Shown in pieces: positions 35,355 to 48,772 of a DNA stretch of 64,000 bases. Position numbers and translations under genes: made by a program. Source of the DNA: Marsupella aquatica (Eukaryota; Plantae; Marchantiophyta); assembly GCA_973895155.1 (NCBI GenBank), contig OZ316895.1:21032803-21096802 (forward strand). Direction: 5' to 3'. The notes under the pieces are model-generated. The model searched no databases. It saw only the letters and a list, made by a program, of their open reading frames with translations, and was not told where the DNA came from. Every line of letters starts with the position of its first letter. Within the stretch, counting starts at the first letter, position 1.

Positions 35355-38300
35355 TTAAGGAAGGATTTGATCCATCGAAGAGAGAGGACCGCCAGGAATA
35401 CCAGTGCGCTGAGAAGGATGCATCTGACCACCACCTCCAACGTTGATTAGCAGCTGTGTAAGCCACCTTCGAGTAGTCACATCCTCCTGCCAAGACCATG
35501 TCTTCGTAAACAGAATGAAACAACAACAATGTACAAGAAGGTAAGAGATAAGCAGTCTTTCGTTGTCCACGAGTACACTATCCTGGTCTTCTAATTCATC
35601 CTTACCCTCAAACACTGACTGAATGTTCCATCTCGAAGAAGTTCTGGAAGACAGGTCTTCAAAGCTTCACAGGCCCTGCACAATGACAAACAAGAGCAAC
35701 GCATGCCTCAGCTCAACGTTTCCCGTATCAAATCAGGTTGTTACTTAGTTACCGACAAGACGCTGGATGAGTTCTCAACCCTGACTGAATGTGTTTACAT
35801 GGTCTGCACGAAAATGATATACACAAAACATAGCGACCCACTCAGAATAGGGAGGATACCTAGGATTGTCAGATAGGCGGAGATAGCACCGGATAATGTG
35901 CTTCAGAAGACGGACAGAAGGAGTGTCTGCCAGTATCTGTACCATGTTTCCTAGCACGGCACCAACAGCAAAAAACCTCTCTGCTGTTGCACATATGTAT
36001 GCAAGCCCAACATCATCAAGCAGAATTTTCTGAACAATGAAAGTCGCCACCTGTTTCATCCACAAACCCCATGGAAAATCTTAAGCGGACAATCCACCCT
36101 TTCCACTTTCCTACTTAATGTTTTTGGCAGAATGACTTTAGAAGAACGCTGGACAAGGGTGAATTGGTGCCAGCTTAACTCATCAATATGCAATTTACAC
36201 AATAATACTTTCTAAACTTCATTCAACGTCGTCTCGCTGATGGAAAGAGAGACTGCTTGAAAGAAGGTGACACACAACCTAATGTTTCCATCATATCCAT
36301 ATTGGTAAAAATTACTTACAGTCTTGGAAAGCTCACTGCCCATTTCCATTGTCCTAAGACACAAAGGAATGATCTCAGTCGAGAGTAAGAAGTTAATCAC
36401 TTCCGTATCATCGACCTGCCAAACGATAGGAGGGTACTATTCTTAGCAACTGGATATCCTTCAGCCATGATGTAGCCCTTCGAGCAAACCAGAACCTAAA
36501 ACCACATTTTGTACATCGCCTACTATGCAAGTAGGAACTATCTCCGGAACAATTCTGGAGGAGAAGCAACTTGATTTATGTTTGAATGACACATTATTAA
36601 GGACGAATTCACAATCGTTGGCTACACCTGGGTAATAATATCTGCACTCTCGCCCGAAATGGGAAAGATCACAAAAATCCATAAGTCAACAGTACCTTCA
36701 CTAGAGCACCGATAACACCAAGGCTGGTTAGGCGGAGGTATTCAAAAGGACGAGTTTTGCTCACGGTGTTCAGAAAAGGATAAAGATAAAGAGGGATGTG
36801 AGCTGCAAGACAGAAAAAGCCCACCTCATCAGGTCCATCCAGGGCATACACATTCTAAGGCGTGACTAAACGCAGGAAGGAATCGGGTCAGCAACAACAG
36901 CCGTTTCTAGATATCAGTCTTGCAGTCAAGTATCTAGTATCAAATCCAACCATCAATCAATCACGACCGACAAAGCGACGTGAATTTCGATGTAAACCCA
37001 ACAAGTGGTCTGCACAGATGACTTAATGTATGTGACACAACTGATTGTAAACATAGTCAACTAACACATGTACAATGCGTCGCGGGTGACTGCGTGAACT
37101 ACTCGCGACGCCGATGGAGGAAGGCTTACCATTCAAAAAATGTGCTCTTGTCTCCTGGTGAGAAGCAACACACTGCACAGGGTAAAAAGGAGCCCAGATT
37201 ATTACGGTGAGGAAAGAGTGGCTCTGATCCAAAGGTGTATTACCTTTGGATAGCGTGATAGCGTTACCCACCGTCACATGGGCATATGGCCTGTATAATC
37301 TATAACGAACAACAAACGGCAATATATTACGGGAATCTCCACGGTCCAACTTTGAAACACAAGCACGGCATCCGTACCTGAAGAAGAGCCAAAGCATTGC
37401 ACACCCGATTGGAGGCCCCTGCCGTAAGCGTTGGCGGAGAAAGCGTGGGATATATGGATACAATTTCCTGTAAAAAAACACTGAACACTTAAAAAAAAAA
37501 TGACATCGGGAAGATGTAAGTGACACGAGGAATTCCAATCACCATCCGCACAATAGGTGATGATAATGTACCTGGAGCAGAGCCGCAATGGTTCCGCATG
37601 AGTGCCAGAGAATTGGTGCCAAATCGGGAAAAGCCTCGCGTTTCTGGTACACACGACGCCACCATGAAACCCTAATCAGTTCAGCAACTAATATTAGAGA
37701 GTCCTTCTAAACAAATACGTCATAGAGTTCGCTCATCACCAGGTGAATTCCAAGAGAGAACGTAATGGAGATGGAAATTTTCCGCATAGATATCAATGAC
37801 CTAACAGTACCCGACCACTGAGAATCCAGAGCGAGCTCGCCATGGTAACTTCACTTCCCCTTCAGAAAAATTAGGATAAACCTAGAGCAGTGAGGAAATT
37901 TGAACCGCCGGAAACGAAAGCTACAAAAGGAATTCGTCAATCTAATTATCCATCCGTCAACCAACCAACCAACCATCAATTTGAGAAGATCTATCATGGC
38001 TTTCTCCCTCTGCTCCATCACAATCATCTCCAACAAAAGCTGCTCCAAACGGGCCATCCCAAAAACCCTTCCTCCCTTCTCAGTTCAGCAACTAATCAAT
38101 ACGTCACAGTATTCCCAAATAACAAGGTGCAATCTACGCAGAGAGAACGCAATGGGGAGACCATCAACGACCTAACAGTACCCGACAACTGAGAACCCAG
38201 AGCGCGATCGCCATCATAGCTTCACTTCCCCTTCAGAGAAATTAGGACAGACCTAGAGTAGGGAGGAAAGTTGAAACACTGGAGGAACAACGACTAAAGA

Positions 38301-38416
38301 AGGAATTCCAATCCATTTATCCATCCGACAACAGTCACCTTGGAAAGATCTAGCAGGGCATTCTCCCTCTGCTCCGGCACAATCAATTCCAACACAAGCT
38401 GCTCCGCACTGGCCAT
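35355..38416 (-). CDS. NOT9: CCR4-NOT subunit 9 (RCD1/CAF40/CNOT9), 9 exons
   Basis: Exons 38416-38339, 37643-37572, 37467-37378, 37172-37130, 36802-36696, 36415-36320, 36050-35860, 35675-35606 and 35486-35355. Hallmark sequences [69 protein letters not shown] and [19 protein letters not shown]. Confidence 0.97.
37980..38057 (-). pseudogene. Decayed tandem duplicate of NOT9 exon 1 inside intron 1
   Basis: [26 protein letters not shown] versus [26 protein letters not shown]; the donor AAG|GTGACT is changed to AAA|TTGATG; flanking intron sequence is duplicated too (37677-38080 versus 38081-38440). Confidence 0.85.
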
Positions 38417-40568
38417 TTCAAAAGCCGCTTCCTCCCCTCCCGAATCAGGCCTCCTCGCCAGATCACCCTTCAGCCTCCCGTTAGCAACGAGCACCCTCTC
38501 CTCTTCCAGACGTTCCGCAGAAACGCTTCCAACTCCCAAACCCCTCAGAACGACGATGGAACTCAACGATCCGCACCATATTTCATCTTCTTCCGAGCTC
38601 CATCATCGATCCGTTGCCGTCTTTCGCACAATCTCGTAGCCCCGGCAATCCCACCAGCCCAGTCAACCAAAATCAATAATCGTCATCCACTTCGCAAACC
38701 TCCGCAATCAAGAGCTCTGCCCATCCATTATCCATGGAAACGAAGGTCCCCCACCTCGAGCTCAATTCTTCGTCATTCTAGGGGTCTCCGTACAAGAACT
38801 TAGCACCGTCCATTGCAACTTTCGTCTCCCGAATTCAGTGGCGTACAAGAACGCAGCACCACTCTCCCGAATCCAGTGGCGTACAAGAACCCAGCAGCAC
38901 CACTGTATCCATTGGCTACTATTAGGCTATTATTATTATTGCCTGGCCTACTGTTAGGCTATTATTGTTGCTTGGCCCACTATTAGGCTATTATTGCTTC
39001 ACACGTGGTCATGATCTCACATGTCCTATATGAACCAAGCTTGGGTTAGTTGCTAATATGAGCTTAAATTAATCAAGCATACTGCTTAAATTAACCAGGC
39101 ATTAGTTGCTAAGAACTTATGGTACAAGAACTGCGCACCCTTCATTGCAAGTTTTGTATCCCAAATTCATTCGGGTCCGGAAATGCACATCAAAATAAGG
39201 ATATGGTATATGAGAGCCTCATTACTTTCTTTAAATATATGAGTGCACACAGTATATTATCTCATTTTGATGTGTGATTACCGGCAGGGCCTACAAGAAT
39301 GCAGCAGCTCTCTCCCGCCAATTGCTTACAAGAACTAGCACCACTGAATTTGTTGGCCTACTATTAGGCTATTACTGCTCCACACGAGGTTATGATCTAG
39401 TCCACTCCAATATAAACCAAACATGGGTTAATTGCCAAAATGAGCTGAAATAATCAAGCATCGGTTAGTTGCTGAGACAAGCTTAAATCAATCAAGCAAT
39501 CTGCTAAAATCAAGCAAGCATGGGTCAGTTGCTATGAGGCTCTCCGTACAAGAACCTCTGTACAAGAACCATTCATTTTGCAAGTTTTCTCCCAAATCCA
39601 TTAGGTGTACAAGAACTCATGAACACCACTTCATCTTCTGATCCCAATCACCTACTACTACACTATATTATCTTTTGACACTTCATTATGATCTCACATG
39701 GGTCCCCTACTATAATGTATATGGTTAAGGTCCTGAGGTCTCCCTTAATGAAATATGAAGTCGACTATTTATATGGTTGACCCACATAGCTAGAAGACCG
39801 TATATCCAGGAGGCTTTTATCCCATTAAGGAATTACTCCATGTCGTTATCTGTTTGTTAATGTTATCCAACATATATTGATCAAACATGATTACTGGGCA
39901 TACTGATAGCATTGTGGCAGTCCATAGAACTGAACGGTGACAGATTGCTAAAAGGTTGAGTACAAAGAATCTTCCATTTGCACCCAATGACCGCGCTGGC
40001 AAAAGCAATTGGCTAACAGTATGTATAAATATATAGTCTGATTTTTAAATGAGGTAGTTGCTTGATGGGACCCCAAAATGAAAAGTGTTACTTGATAGGA
40101 CCCCTGAGGTTTTGAGTACTATGTTGATTCAAGATTTATCAAGGTCAATCAACGGTTTGGATCATTCGAGTGTCCTATCAAGTTACCCATTTGATTTGGG
40201 GATCCCATCAAGCAAATACCTTGTTTTAAATGAGATACAATCCCCAAGAAAGGTCTTATGTGTCAATGAATGAGTGAACCAAAAAGTGAGTAGAAGCCTA
40301 CAGTAGATGACCTTACCATAATGATTCAATAATGGATTTGCAGCTAAAATTAGCCAAGCATGGGTACATTGCTAGTGAACCATGCATGGATTTATGGCTA
40401 CATTTTAGCAAACATGATTTAGATGCTAATATTAATTGAATATGGGCTCACTTAGCCAAGCATGGACCCACCACTAAAACAGAAATGGGTCCATTGCTAT
40501 TGCCCCTTACTAAAACTAGTCAAGCAAGGGTTTTTGATGGATTTGATGACATCCCGGATGACATGAAT

Positions 40569-40908
40569 TGTTGGCATAGACGACAATTGCAACGGCAAGC
40601 CCATGAACCATCCAACGCACAAGTATTGACATAGAGAGATATGTGGTTCACCTCCACATGAGACTATGTCCACGGGAACACACAAAAGCTTTACTATACT
40701 CTAAGTCAACCGGCCATACCAAACATCAACAACAAGCTCTCCCTATCTCTCAATTGACTCCGTAACAATGAGCCTGAGTTCCTTCTCTCGAAGCAAACAC
40801 CATTTGGGTATAGTGTGTGCAGCATGACTAACCTAACCTAGTCTGCAACGAAGGTTAGCCATAACTACGGTACAGTCATAACTCCAGACCTAAGAGTGAA
40901 TCCTAACA
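40569..40908 (-). mobile_element. Solo LTR of the A/B copia group (340 bp) with 5-bp TSD TGAAT
   Basis: TG..CA termini; TGAAT at 40564-40568 and 40909-40913; shares the R/U5 core (tgcgttggatggttcatgggcttgccgttgc). Confidence 0.93.
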
Positions 40909-41669
40909 TGAATCAATCTGGGTCATCTTTGGCGTACAACCCATCCTCTTACTATATAAGACTAGCCCAATGCCCATGCGTCAATTTATTGACATGAAAG
41001 ATGTCAAGCAGAAATATATTGATCACGAAAGACGTCATGTCTAAAAGATGTTGAAAAAAACATTTAAAGAGAGGGAGAAACTCCAAAGAGCGAAGAAAAA
41101 GATGTGCAAGATATAGGGGGATCCAAAGGAAGAACTTTAAGTCAAGAGATGGGAGAAAGATTGATTACCACTCCCCTATTTTCCCCTCCTTTCACAACAC
41201 AACCTTGCTCAAAACCTTAAACCCCCCACCCAACCCAGTCCTGTTAAAAACACAAGGAAGGAAACCTCCTCCTTTTGAAAGGATTAAAAAACAAGTGAAA
41301 AATCCTTCTAGCGTTCCCCGCACACCACCCCCTTTTTTACAGAAAATCTGTGGGTTGCCTTGAGAGGAAGTGAGATATTTGAATAGACTCATCCTCATAT
41401 TCTGGAAATAAGTGTGTCCTTGCATTCTTCATCTAAAGTCACATATGAAAAAGGTAGAAATCACTAAGAAGAAAAGGACATTCCCCTCACTCTTGGGAGT
41501 TCCAATATTGATTTTGAAGAACATAGTTACCATTTCCTTTTCCTCCCCTACCTTCTCTTTGTGCTGGATATTTCTTGGTATTCGATTACCACTACCCACT
41601 GTGTATCTCACTATCAGTACCTGTCTACCTCACCCGTATGTCTCTCTTCTCTTTGTCAAGCTATTGTGT

Positions 41670-41950
41670 CTGTTCCCATGGTTAGGTTAGCCGTTTGCAC
41701 ACTATATTCCCAAGCAGTGCTTGCTTGGATAGTAGGAACTCAAAATCATCGTTACGAAGCCAATTGAGAGATAAGGAGAACCACGAGGAGACCTTGTGTT
41801 ATGGGGATTTAGTAGGGCCGACGGTCTAGATGAAGTAAAGTTCTTGTGTGTTCCTGTGAATGTAGCCTTATCCAAGGTGAGCCACATATCTTTTTGTGTT
41901 GATGACTTGTTTGTTGGATGTTCATTGGCATGCCAATTTGAATGTTATCC
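41670..41950 (+). mobile_element. Heavily decayed LTR of the same copia group
   Basis: ttgagagataaggaga...gtaaagttcttgtgtgttcctgtgaatgtagcct...aggtgagccacatatct...gttggatgttcattggc is collinear with LTR A/B; termini are not recognisable. Confidence 0.75.
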
Positions 41951-44924
41951 AAGAAAGAAAAGGCCATCAAAACTTTCATAAAGCTATTCCATCAAATCTC
42001 CATGAAAGCAACTCATAAAACCAGAAAGGATGGATTGTGGCAACTCCATATATGGTCTTTAAAAATATTCAAATATAATTTGAGGGGCATCCCTGAAGCT
42101 TGTTGCTCCCAGGTCTGTGTACCCTAATAGTAGAGTGGGGGTGATTTCTAATTGAATAAAGGGCCCCTGGCCTTGTACTTGATCGAGTTGTAAAATGTGC
42201 GTGACTGAATAGGAATGTAGAGACTATCCAAGGAAGATATTTAGGGTTTCTATTCAAACAAGTGTTGTCCTAACTGCATCTTTTTAGCCTTTATTAATCA
42301 CAAAGCCTAGTGGCCTGAAATTGATTGATCAGTGTTTGTATGATTTGAGCTAGAAAACAAATATTGGAAAGAAAAAGGATACCCCAGAAGTGAATGAAAT
42401 GATCTTTTCAGTCCGAATTTGTACGACATGGATCTTGACTATGTACACTGGCTTTTTTTTATTGTGTGGCCAAGTTGGGTAGAATGTCAAGTCATAGCTG
42501 GCAACTAGGGTCTCAAGAAGTAGGGAAGGTGACTGATTGGTTGGCCATTATTTTCTTGTGAAGGTGGCCTCAAAGGTGGCCAGCCCAAATCTTGGGTAAA
42601 TTTTTTACAAAGGTGTCCAATGACAAACCCCAACTATCAAGTTTATTTCTATATTTAATTTGGTGCCCAGTGCAAGATTGTGACATTCAAAACATGGCAG
42701 GCTGGGAAAACATGTGGCCATTTCAGGAAATGGGGAGGACATCAAATTTCGTACATTGCAGCTTGAAAAGCTTAATATTAGTTTGTATTTTCTGTCAAAC
42801 TAGGCGGTGATGTTCTTGCTAGGTGTCAACCAAAATACCAAAAAGTAGACAGAGAAAAGTTTTTGCTGGGGAAATTAAAATGGGCACCTGGCACCTGCTA
42901 AAGTCCGGAAGCAAGCTAAAATAAAATTTCCAAGTTGCAACTACAGTACTGAACACAACATTGTTTTCAGTGAGAAAAATTTGCTAGGTTCCATCTTAAA
43001 AAAGGTTTTGCCACTTTACGCCTAAGGTTTTTGTCTTCCACCTAGCCAAGACGCCATGAGCCAGAATCTAGCAATTATCCTTAAATCTAGGGAGATCTGA
43101 TGGTCAAAAATCTATCTATAAAATTAGAAAAGGATTATTGATAGCAACTTGTGAGTCAAACAAGGTGAACAATGTCACCCTAGCGAAAAGGGAAAAACTT
43201 AAAAAATTAGGCGGATGATAAATCCCCAGCTGCAGTGCTCCTATGCTATGATTGGGCATCTCAGTTCATTCAAAAAGTAATTTAAAAAAGAAATAGATCT
43301 CACTGCATCAGTTTAGTTGCTATATCTTACAGAGGGCAAAAAGAACAAAAACGCTGAACCTGGAAACTGATGGTCGCAAGGACAATACAACCCAATATGG
43401 GAAAAGGAAGGGGTAAAAGCTGTTGGGTGAGGGCTTCACACCTACCAGCTGACCAAGCAGCAGCAACACATCTCAGCTAGTAAAAAATAAAATAAAATTT
43501 CGGGTCATCAGTGTTGGGTGAGGACCACCCACCTAACAGCTGACAAGTGGCAGCACACCTCTTGCCTTCCGTTGTACAGCATAGTCTAATATTCCTTAGG
43601 GCACAGGGGCAGCAGCATTGCTTCTTGTGTTGCAAAGTCTCATGCGCTTTTCCTGAAAGCCATGTGTCTGTCATATAGTGGAGCCCACTTTGCACTAATA
43701 AAACTCTGAAAAAGTGCAAAATGGTTGAAAGAAGGGTGCCTTGGAAATATACCCTTTGAGAGTGGTTTATATTTACATATGTGTCCTTTAGTAGAGCTCT
43801 TTTGCACTTCAAATAACTAAAACATTTTCACAAAATTGCATTGAACAAGGAAGAACTGGACCCCTTCCACTTATATCCTACCAGAGGGGTTTGCACTGAC
43901 ATATCTGTCATCCAGTGGAGCACTCCCAGAAACTACAATAAAGTTGCATCAAATGGGAAGAACCTGAAGCCTTGCAAATGTACCCTTCCAGAGGGGATTG
44001 CATTTCCATGTTTGTCATTTGTGGAGCACTTGTGCACCTACAAAAACTGCAGAAAAGGTATAAAGTGGCAGGAAAAAGAATAGAACATGAAGCCTTGCAA
44101 ATATACCCATACATTTCCATATTCGTACTTTAATGGAGCACTCTTGCACTAATAAAAATTGCCCAAAAACCTCAAAATGGCGGGAAACTGACGCCTTGCA
44201 TTTATCCAGGGTTTGCAATTCTTTCGGAAACAGAAAAATGGGACTAGCATTCCTCGCAGCAGAAGAAACCCCCCAAAGCTATGGGGTCCACTTCGGCCCA
44301 CCTTTTTTTTAAAATCGGGAAGCCTTTATTCGCGCCCATCTCTTCTGTACCTCACCCTCACAATTCATTCCTGCGCATCTATGCAAAACGAACAACCAGA
44401 GAATAAAATTTCGTGCCCCCTTCGCATCATGAGTGAGGGTTATGGAAATTCATTCGCATGCAGGAGACGACTCCTGTTCTGTACAGCATTTCAGGTGGAG
44501 TGGGATTTGCAATCCAATACTGTTTGGACCGGAGCACTGCAGCGATTCTTACTTCGTGGGGAGGATAATAGTCTGTCCTCTCGTCAACTCTCTTGAGCTC
44601 AGCTTGTAATTGGCGTGTAAAGAATTGAAGGGAGTGGATCCCTGAGTTCACGGCGGCCCATCAAGAGTTCACGTCGTGGAGCGGATTGGGTCGTTGTACA
44701 TTCATCAGTGTCTCGTCCATATTTTTTTTGGGGCCTGGGAATGATATCGCTTGTTTTTGTTTTTGTTGTTGTCATTGAGATCGCTCGTCCAGTTCCTGAG
44801 GATAGGTCAGTGCATGCATGAGATACAAAGCGAGAGTGATAGAGTAGGAGTAGAATTAGCTCCGATTGTGTAGAGGGAGAGGGAGGGCGTGCAAGAGAGA
44901 GGAGGGGAGTGGGAGGTTTGGAGA

Positions 44925-47900
44925 ATGGGGGCAATTGAGATAGCAGAGGCTCATGGGTACAACAGCAAGACCAAGACATGGCGCAGCACAAGGGAGGAGA
45001 TCAGGATTCCGGAGGATGAGACGGTGGATGTGATTGAGTGGCTGCATCAAAAGACTCCGGATAGGGAATTGGGTGACGAGATTGCCATGGTAGATGCCAG
45101 CACTGAGGAACAGCTTACTTTCAGAGAGTTGAAAGTGAAGTTCCAGACTGTGGCAGCAGGGCTGAGTAATTTGGGAATCAAACATGGTGATGTGGTGCTC
45201 CTTATGGCCCCGAATTCTGTCTGGTATCCGGTGATATGCTTCGGAGTAATGTCTCTCGGAGGCGTCATCACCACTGTGAATCCCATCTGTACGTCTTCGG
45301 AGATTTTGAAGCAGGTTAAGGACTCTGGGGCTGTCTTGGGTATCACCACCGAGCCTCTCTACTCTAAAATGGAGTCTATTGGAATCCCGACAATCATTAT
45401 CGGAGCGAAGGAGAATGCTCTTCCCAAGAACACAATCTCATTCTCCACAGTGCTGGCCGCTGATCCCAGCAAAGCTCCCCGAGTGAGGAGGAAGCAATCT
45501 GACACAGCAGCACTCCTGTACTCTTCTGGAACTACTGGGTTGTCCAAAGGAGTGGTTATCTCCCATGGAAATATCATAGCTGTGGCTATGCAGCTGCATT
45601 TGGATGCCCCTACTTCAGATCGAGAGAGACGGTATGTGTGCACATTGCCCATGTTCCATGTGTATGGGTTGGCTGTGATAGTGCTGGGTCAGCTTACAAG
45701 GGGACAAGGGGCAACTATGATCATCCTCCCCAAGTTTGAAGTTGAGCTATTCCTGAGAACTCTGGAGAAGTACAGGGTTACCGACGTTCCTGTGGTGCCA
45801 CCTATGGTCCTGCTGCTTGCCCAAAGCGAGATTGCAAAAAAGTATGACTTGAGCTCGGTGGTACAAGTAAGCAGTGGCGCTGCCCCTCTCGGAAAGGACC
45901 TCATGGAAAGTTTGCATCAGAGGTTCCCGACATGGGAAATCCGTCAGGTCTCTCCCTAATTCTTTTTATTGGGTCCCTGCTCGTTTTGGATGTCAAAATG
46001 AATTAATCTCAACGAATCGTTCATATGATTCTCTGCAATGCCATAAAATTACTGAACCTGAGGCCTTGTATGGATTTGAAATTGGATAGGTGCATTAGGT
46101 TGTCGTAGCAAGGGCGATTTTGTCCGTATGAAACAATACATCGCCTCGCTCATGAATACGAAACGTGGCTTCTGAATATTTATGGTTATTGGCAGGGTTT
46201 CGGCATGACAGAGACAAGTGGTATAGCAAGTGTGACTCTTTGCCAACCAGATCGTTCCCATTTTGGTTCGGCAGGAGAGTTGGTCTCCTCCATGGAGGCG
46301 CGGGTCGTAGACGTGAAGACTGGGGAAAATTTACCACCTTCTGGACACGGCGAGATCTGTGTACGAGGACCAGGCGTCATGCAAGGTTTGCAGATACCCT
46401 GTCACTATTGCATTGCCTTGAGTTTCGCGGTTCCTTGATTTCAGATGGTGGAGCTAACTCTCAGATCTAGCGGTTCGAAGAAAATGATCCAGACGATATG
46501 ATGGGTTGGAGACATCTACTGGTCAAGTAGGTCCAGTTAAACGGAGATGTTGAACAGAGCTTAATGGCTTTTGTCTTCATTGAACGTCAACCGATCCAGA
46601 CTTGAAAGGTTCATAATCTGCAGTAGCGAATCGTCACATGCTTAAACAATAGTACTCCAGTTGATGATGCAAATCTCTTCTCCGGGAGATTTTGAGATCC
46701 ATGACAACAATTTGGGGTAAACATGTCTCAAATAATTCTTTAGTAGTCCGTCCTCCTTTTTCTGCGTGATCCCTCAACACTTCACAGCCTGCAAATAGAC
46801 AACTACAGTATCAAACAAATCATCTTTCGATTTGACAGAAGAAACACCGTATCATTAAAGAATCATTTTCCAATTCTGTCATATTTGGATTGAACGAAAC
46901 GAAGTCCTTTAATTAAGGAACGGGTTTCAGATCTCGAAATGGCCCCATACACGTTCCCCTGTACACGTACGGATTTATATATAGTATCCACAGATTGTTT
47001 TCATGTTTCCAACGATGTGTGAGGAGGAGAAGATTCACTGATACTTCACGTTAGACCAAAAGAGTATTTTGTCGGCAATTAGAGTCAAGACAAACAGTGG
47101 GTCTAAAAGCTACATTCACTTCGTCTGTACAGGAATGACGCGAATATACATTGGATACCCTCTCAATAACTTTCCTGTCCCCTAAAACCTGATGAATCCT
47201 AAAAATCAAATAAAATCCCTGATGCAACCTCCAAGGTTATGTCCGTGCGCCAGGTTTTATATTTCCACTCCCATCACCCTCATCAGCAGGCTGTTTATCT
47301 AGTCCTGCATCGGTTGTCCATAGCTGACACAATCTGGAAGGTCCCTGTGCTTCATTGAGCTGTATGTATACATGCTAACGAGAACATTTATGTTCTTATC
47401 TATCACAAACTTCCTGATGTCCAGAGCGAGGCTGTTTTGTTGTTTAAAGAATAGTAACAAGACTTGGCGTAATGAAGGTCTCATGAAGTGGAGCTGACAG
47501 AACGAGAGTGGAGCGTAGATACTTGTAGATACTTAAATCACATCAAATGTTTTGTTATGAACTTGCATTTCACAACCACCCTAGACTACATGATCCAGTC
47601 GCTCTGGTAGTGGATTTTCCGCCTAAAACTGGTTTTGCTCTGCAGAACGGGACTGGAGAACATTGTCTTCAAGGGCGTAATGTGCTTGTGATTTGTGGAT
47701 ACAGGGTACTTGAACAATCCGGAGGCAACTGCTGCTACTATAGATAGTGAGGGGTGGCTACATACTGGTGATCTTGGTTACTTTGATGAACTTGGAAGGG
47801 TGTGGATAGTAGATCGTTTGAAGGAACTGATCAAGTACAAGGGGTATCAGGTAGGATTATTGACCGTCGTTTTTGGAGCTTAGATATATCATTCCACTTG

Positions 47901-48772
47901 GAACGAGAAATCTTTTGTAGTTTACTTCACGCTGTGTGAACTGTTGGGAAGCTGAAATCAAATGTGAAGTGTTATCATTGATTGACTTCGTGCGTTGCTA
48001 ACTTAGTCCCTTGCATTATGGTGGGAGGCAGCATTACGTAACAGAATTTGAAGGAAGCGATGAGATTTCTATCGTCTGAGGCTTTCATGTGGATAGAACC
48101 TTTTTGTGATATATGAATGCGCTGACAGTGTCGCTGAAATTCAATCATCAGGTTGCCCCTGCCGAGCTAGAAGCATTGTTGCTCACACATCCTCAGATCA
48201 TGGATGCAGCTGTGGTCCCGTAAGTGAAGCCTACCCCATCTAGCTTTAAAGAGATTGAAGAAAAGATTCACCTCTCTGTTTTCATTCTTGTTTGGCAAGG
48301 TTTTGGAGAATTTAGCAAACAGCGCAAACTCAGGAGATCCCTTAGTGATACACTACGAGTACTTCGACGAGAAGCTCAAAACACGAAGTTGGAAGTATTC
48401 TCAATGAGATGTATGTTGCTCTTTTGCAATCTAGGCAACCGGACGAAGAAGCTGGCGAAGTGCCCATCGCATACGTGGTACGGGCTCCAAAGAGCAGTTT
48501 GACTGACAAGCAAATCATGTCCTGGGTGGCACGGCAGGTGAGATTCATACCCAAGCAGAGTCTGCGTTCTGAAAAAGGGTTCAATTCGTCAGGTGGCATG
48601 GCGAGTCTTCAATTCAAGAGAATTCTCTCAATTGGTTGTACGGTGGTTGCTTGTGCAGGTATCACCCTACAAACGGCTTCGTAAAGTCATATTCATTGGG
48701 CAAATTCCCAAGTCAGCCTCAGGAAAGATCTTGCGCAAGGATCTGGTTCAACTTGGAAAGTCAAAACTCTGA
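44925..48772 (+). CDS. Peroxisomal 4-coumarate:CoA ligase-like acyl-activating enzyme (4CL-like/OPCL1-related), 6 exons, C-terminal PTS1 SKL
   Basis: Exons 44925-45947, 46196-46385, 47705-47850, 48152-48219, 48435-48537 and 48659-48772. AMP-binding [67 protein letters not shown]; ends ...GKSKL*. Confidence 0.95.

Noticed and set aside
38417-38566. Longer NOT9 N-terminus given in the ORF track
   Set aside because: It starts at TTG with an in-frame stop shortly upstream; the first in-frame ATG is 38416. An additional upstream exon cannot be excluded.
44620-44640. ATTGAAGGGAG resembling miR159/miR319
   Set aside because: Only about 11 nt match and no complementary star arm or hairpin is visible.
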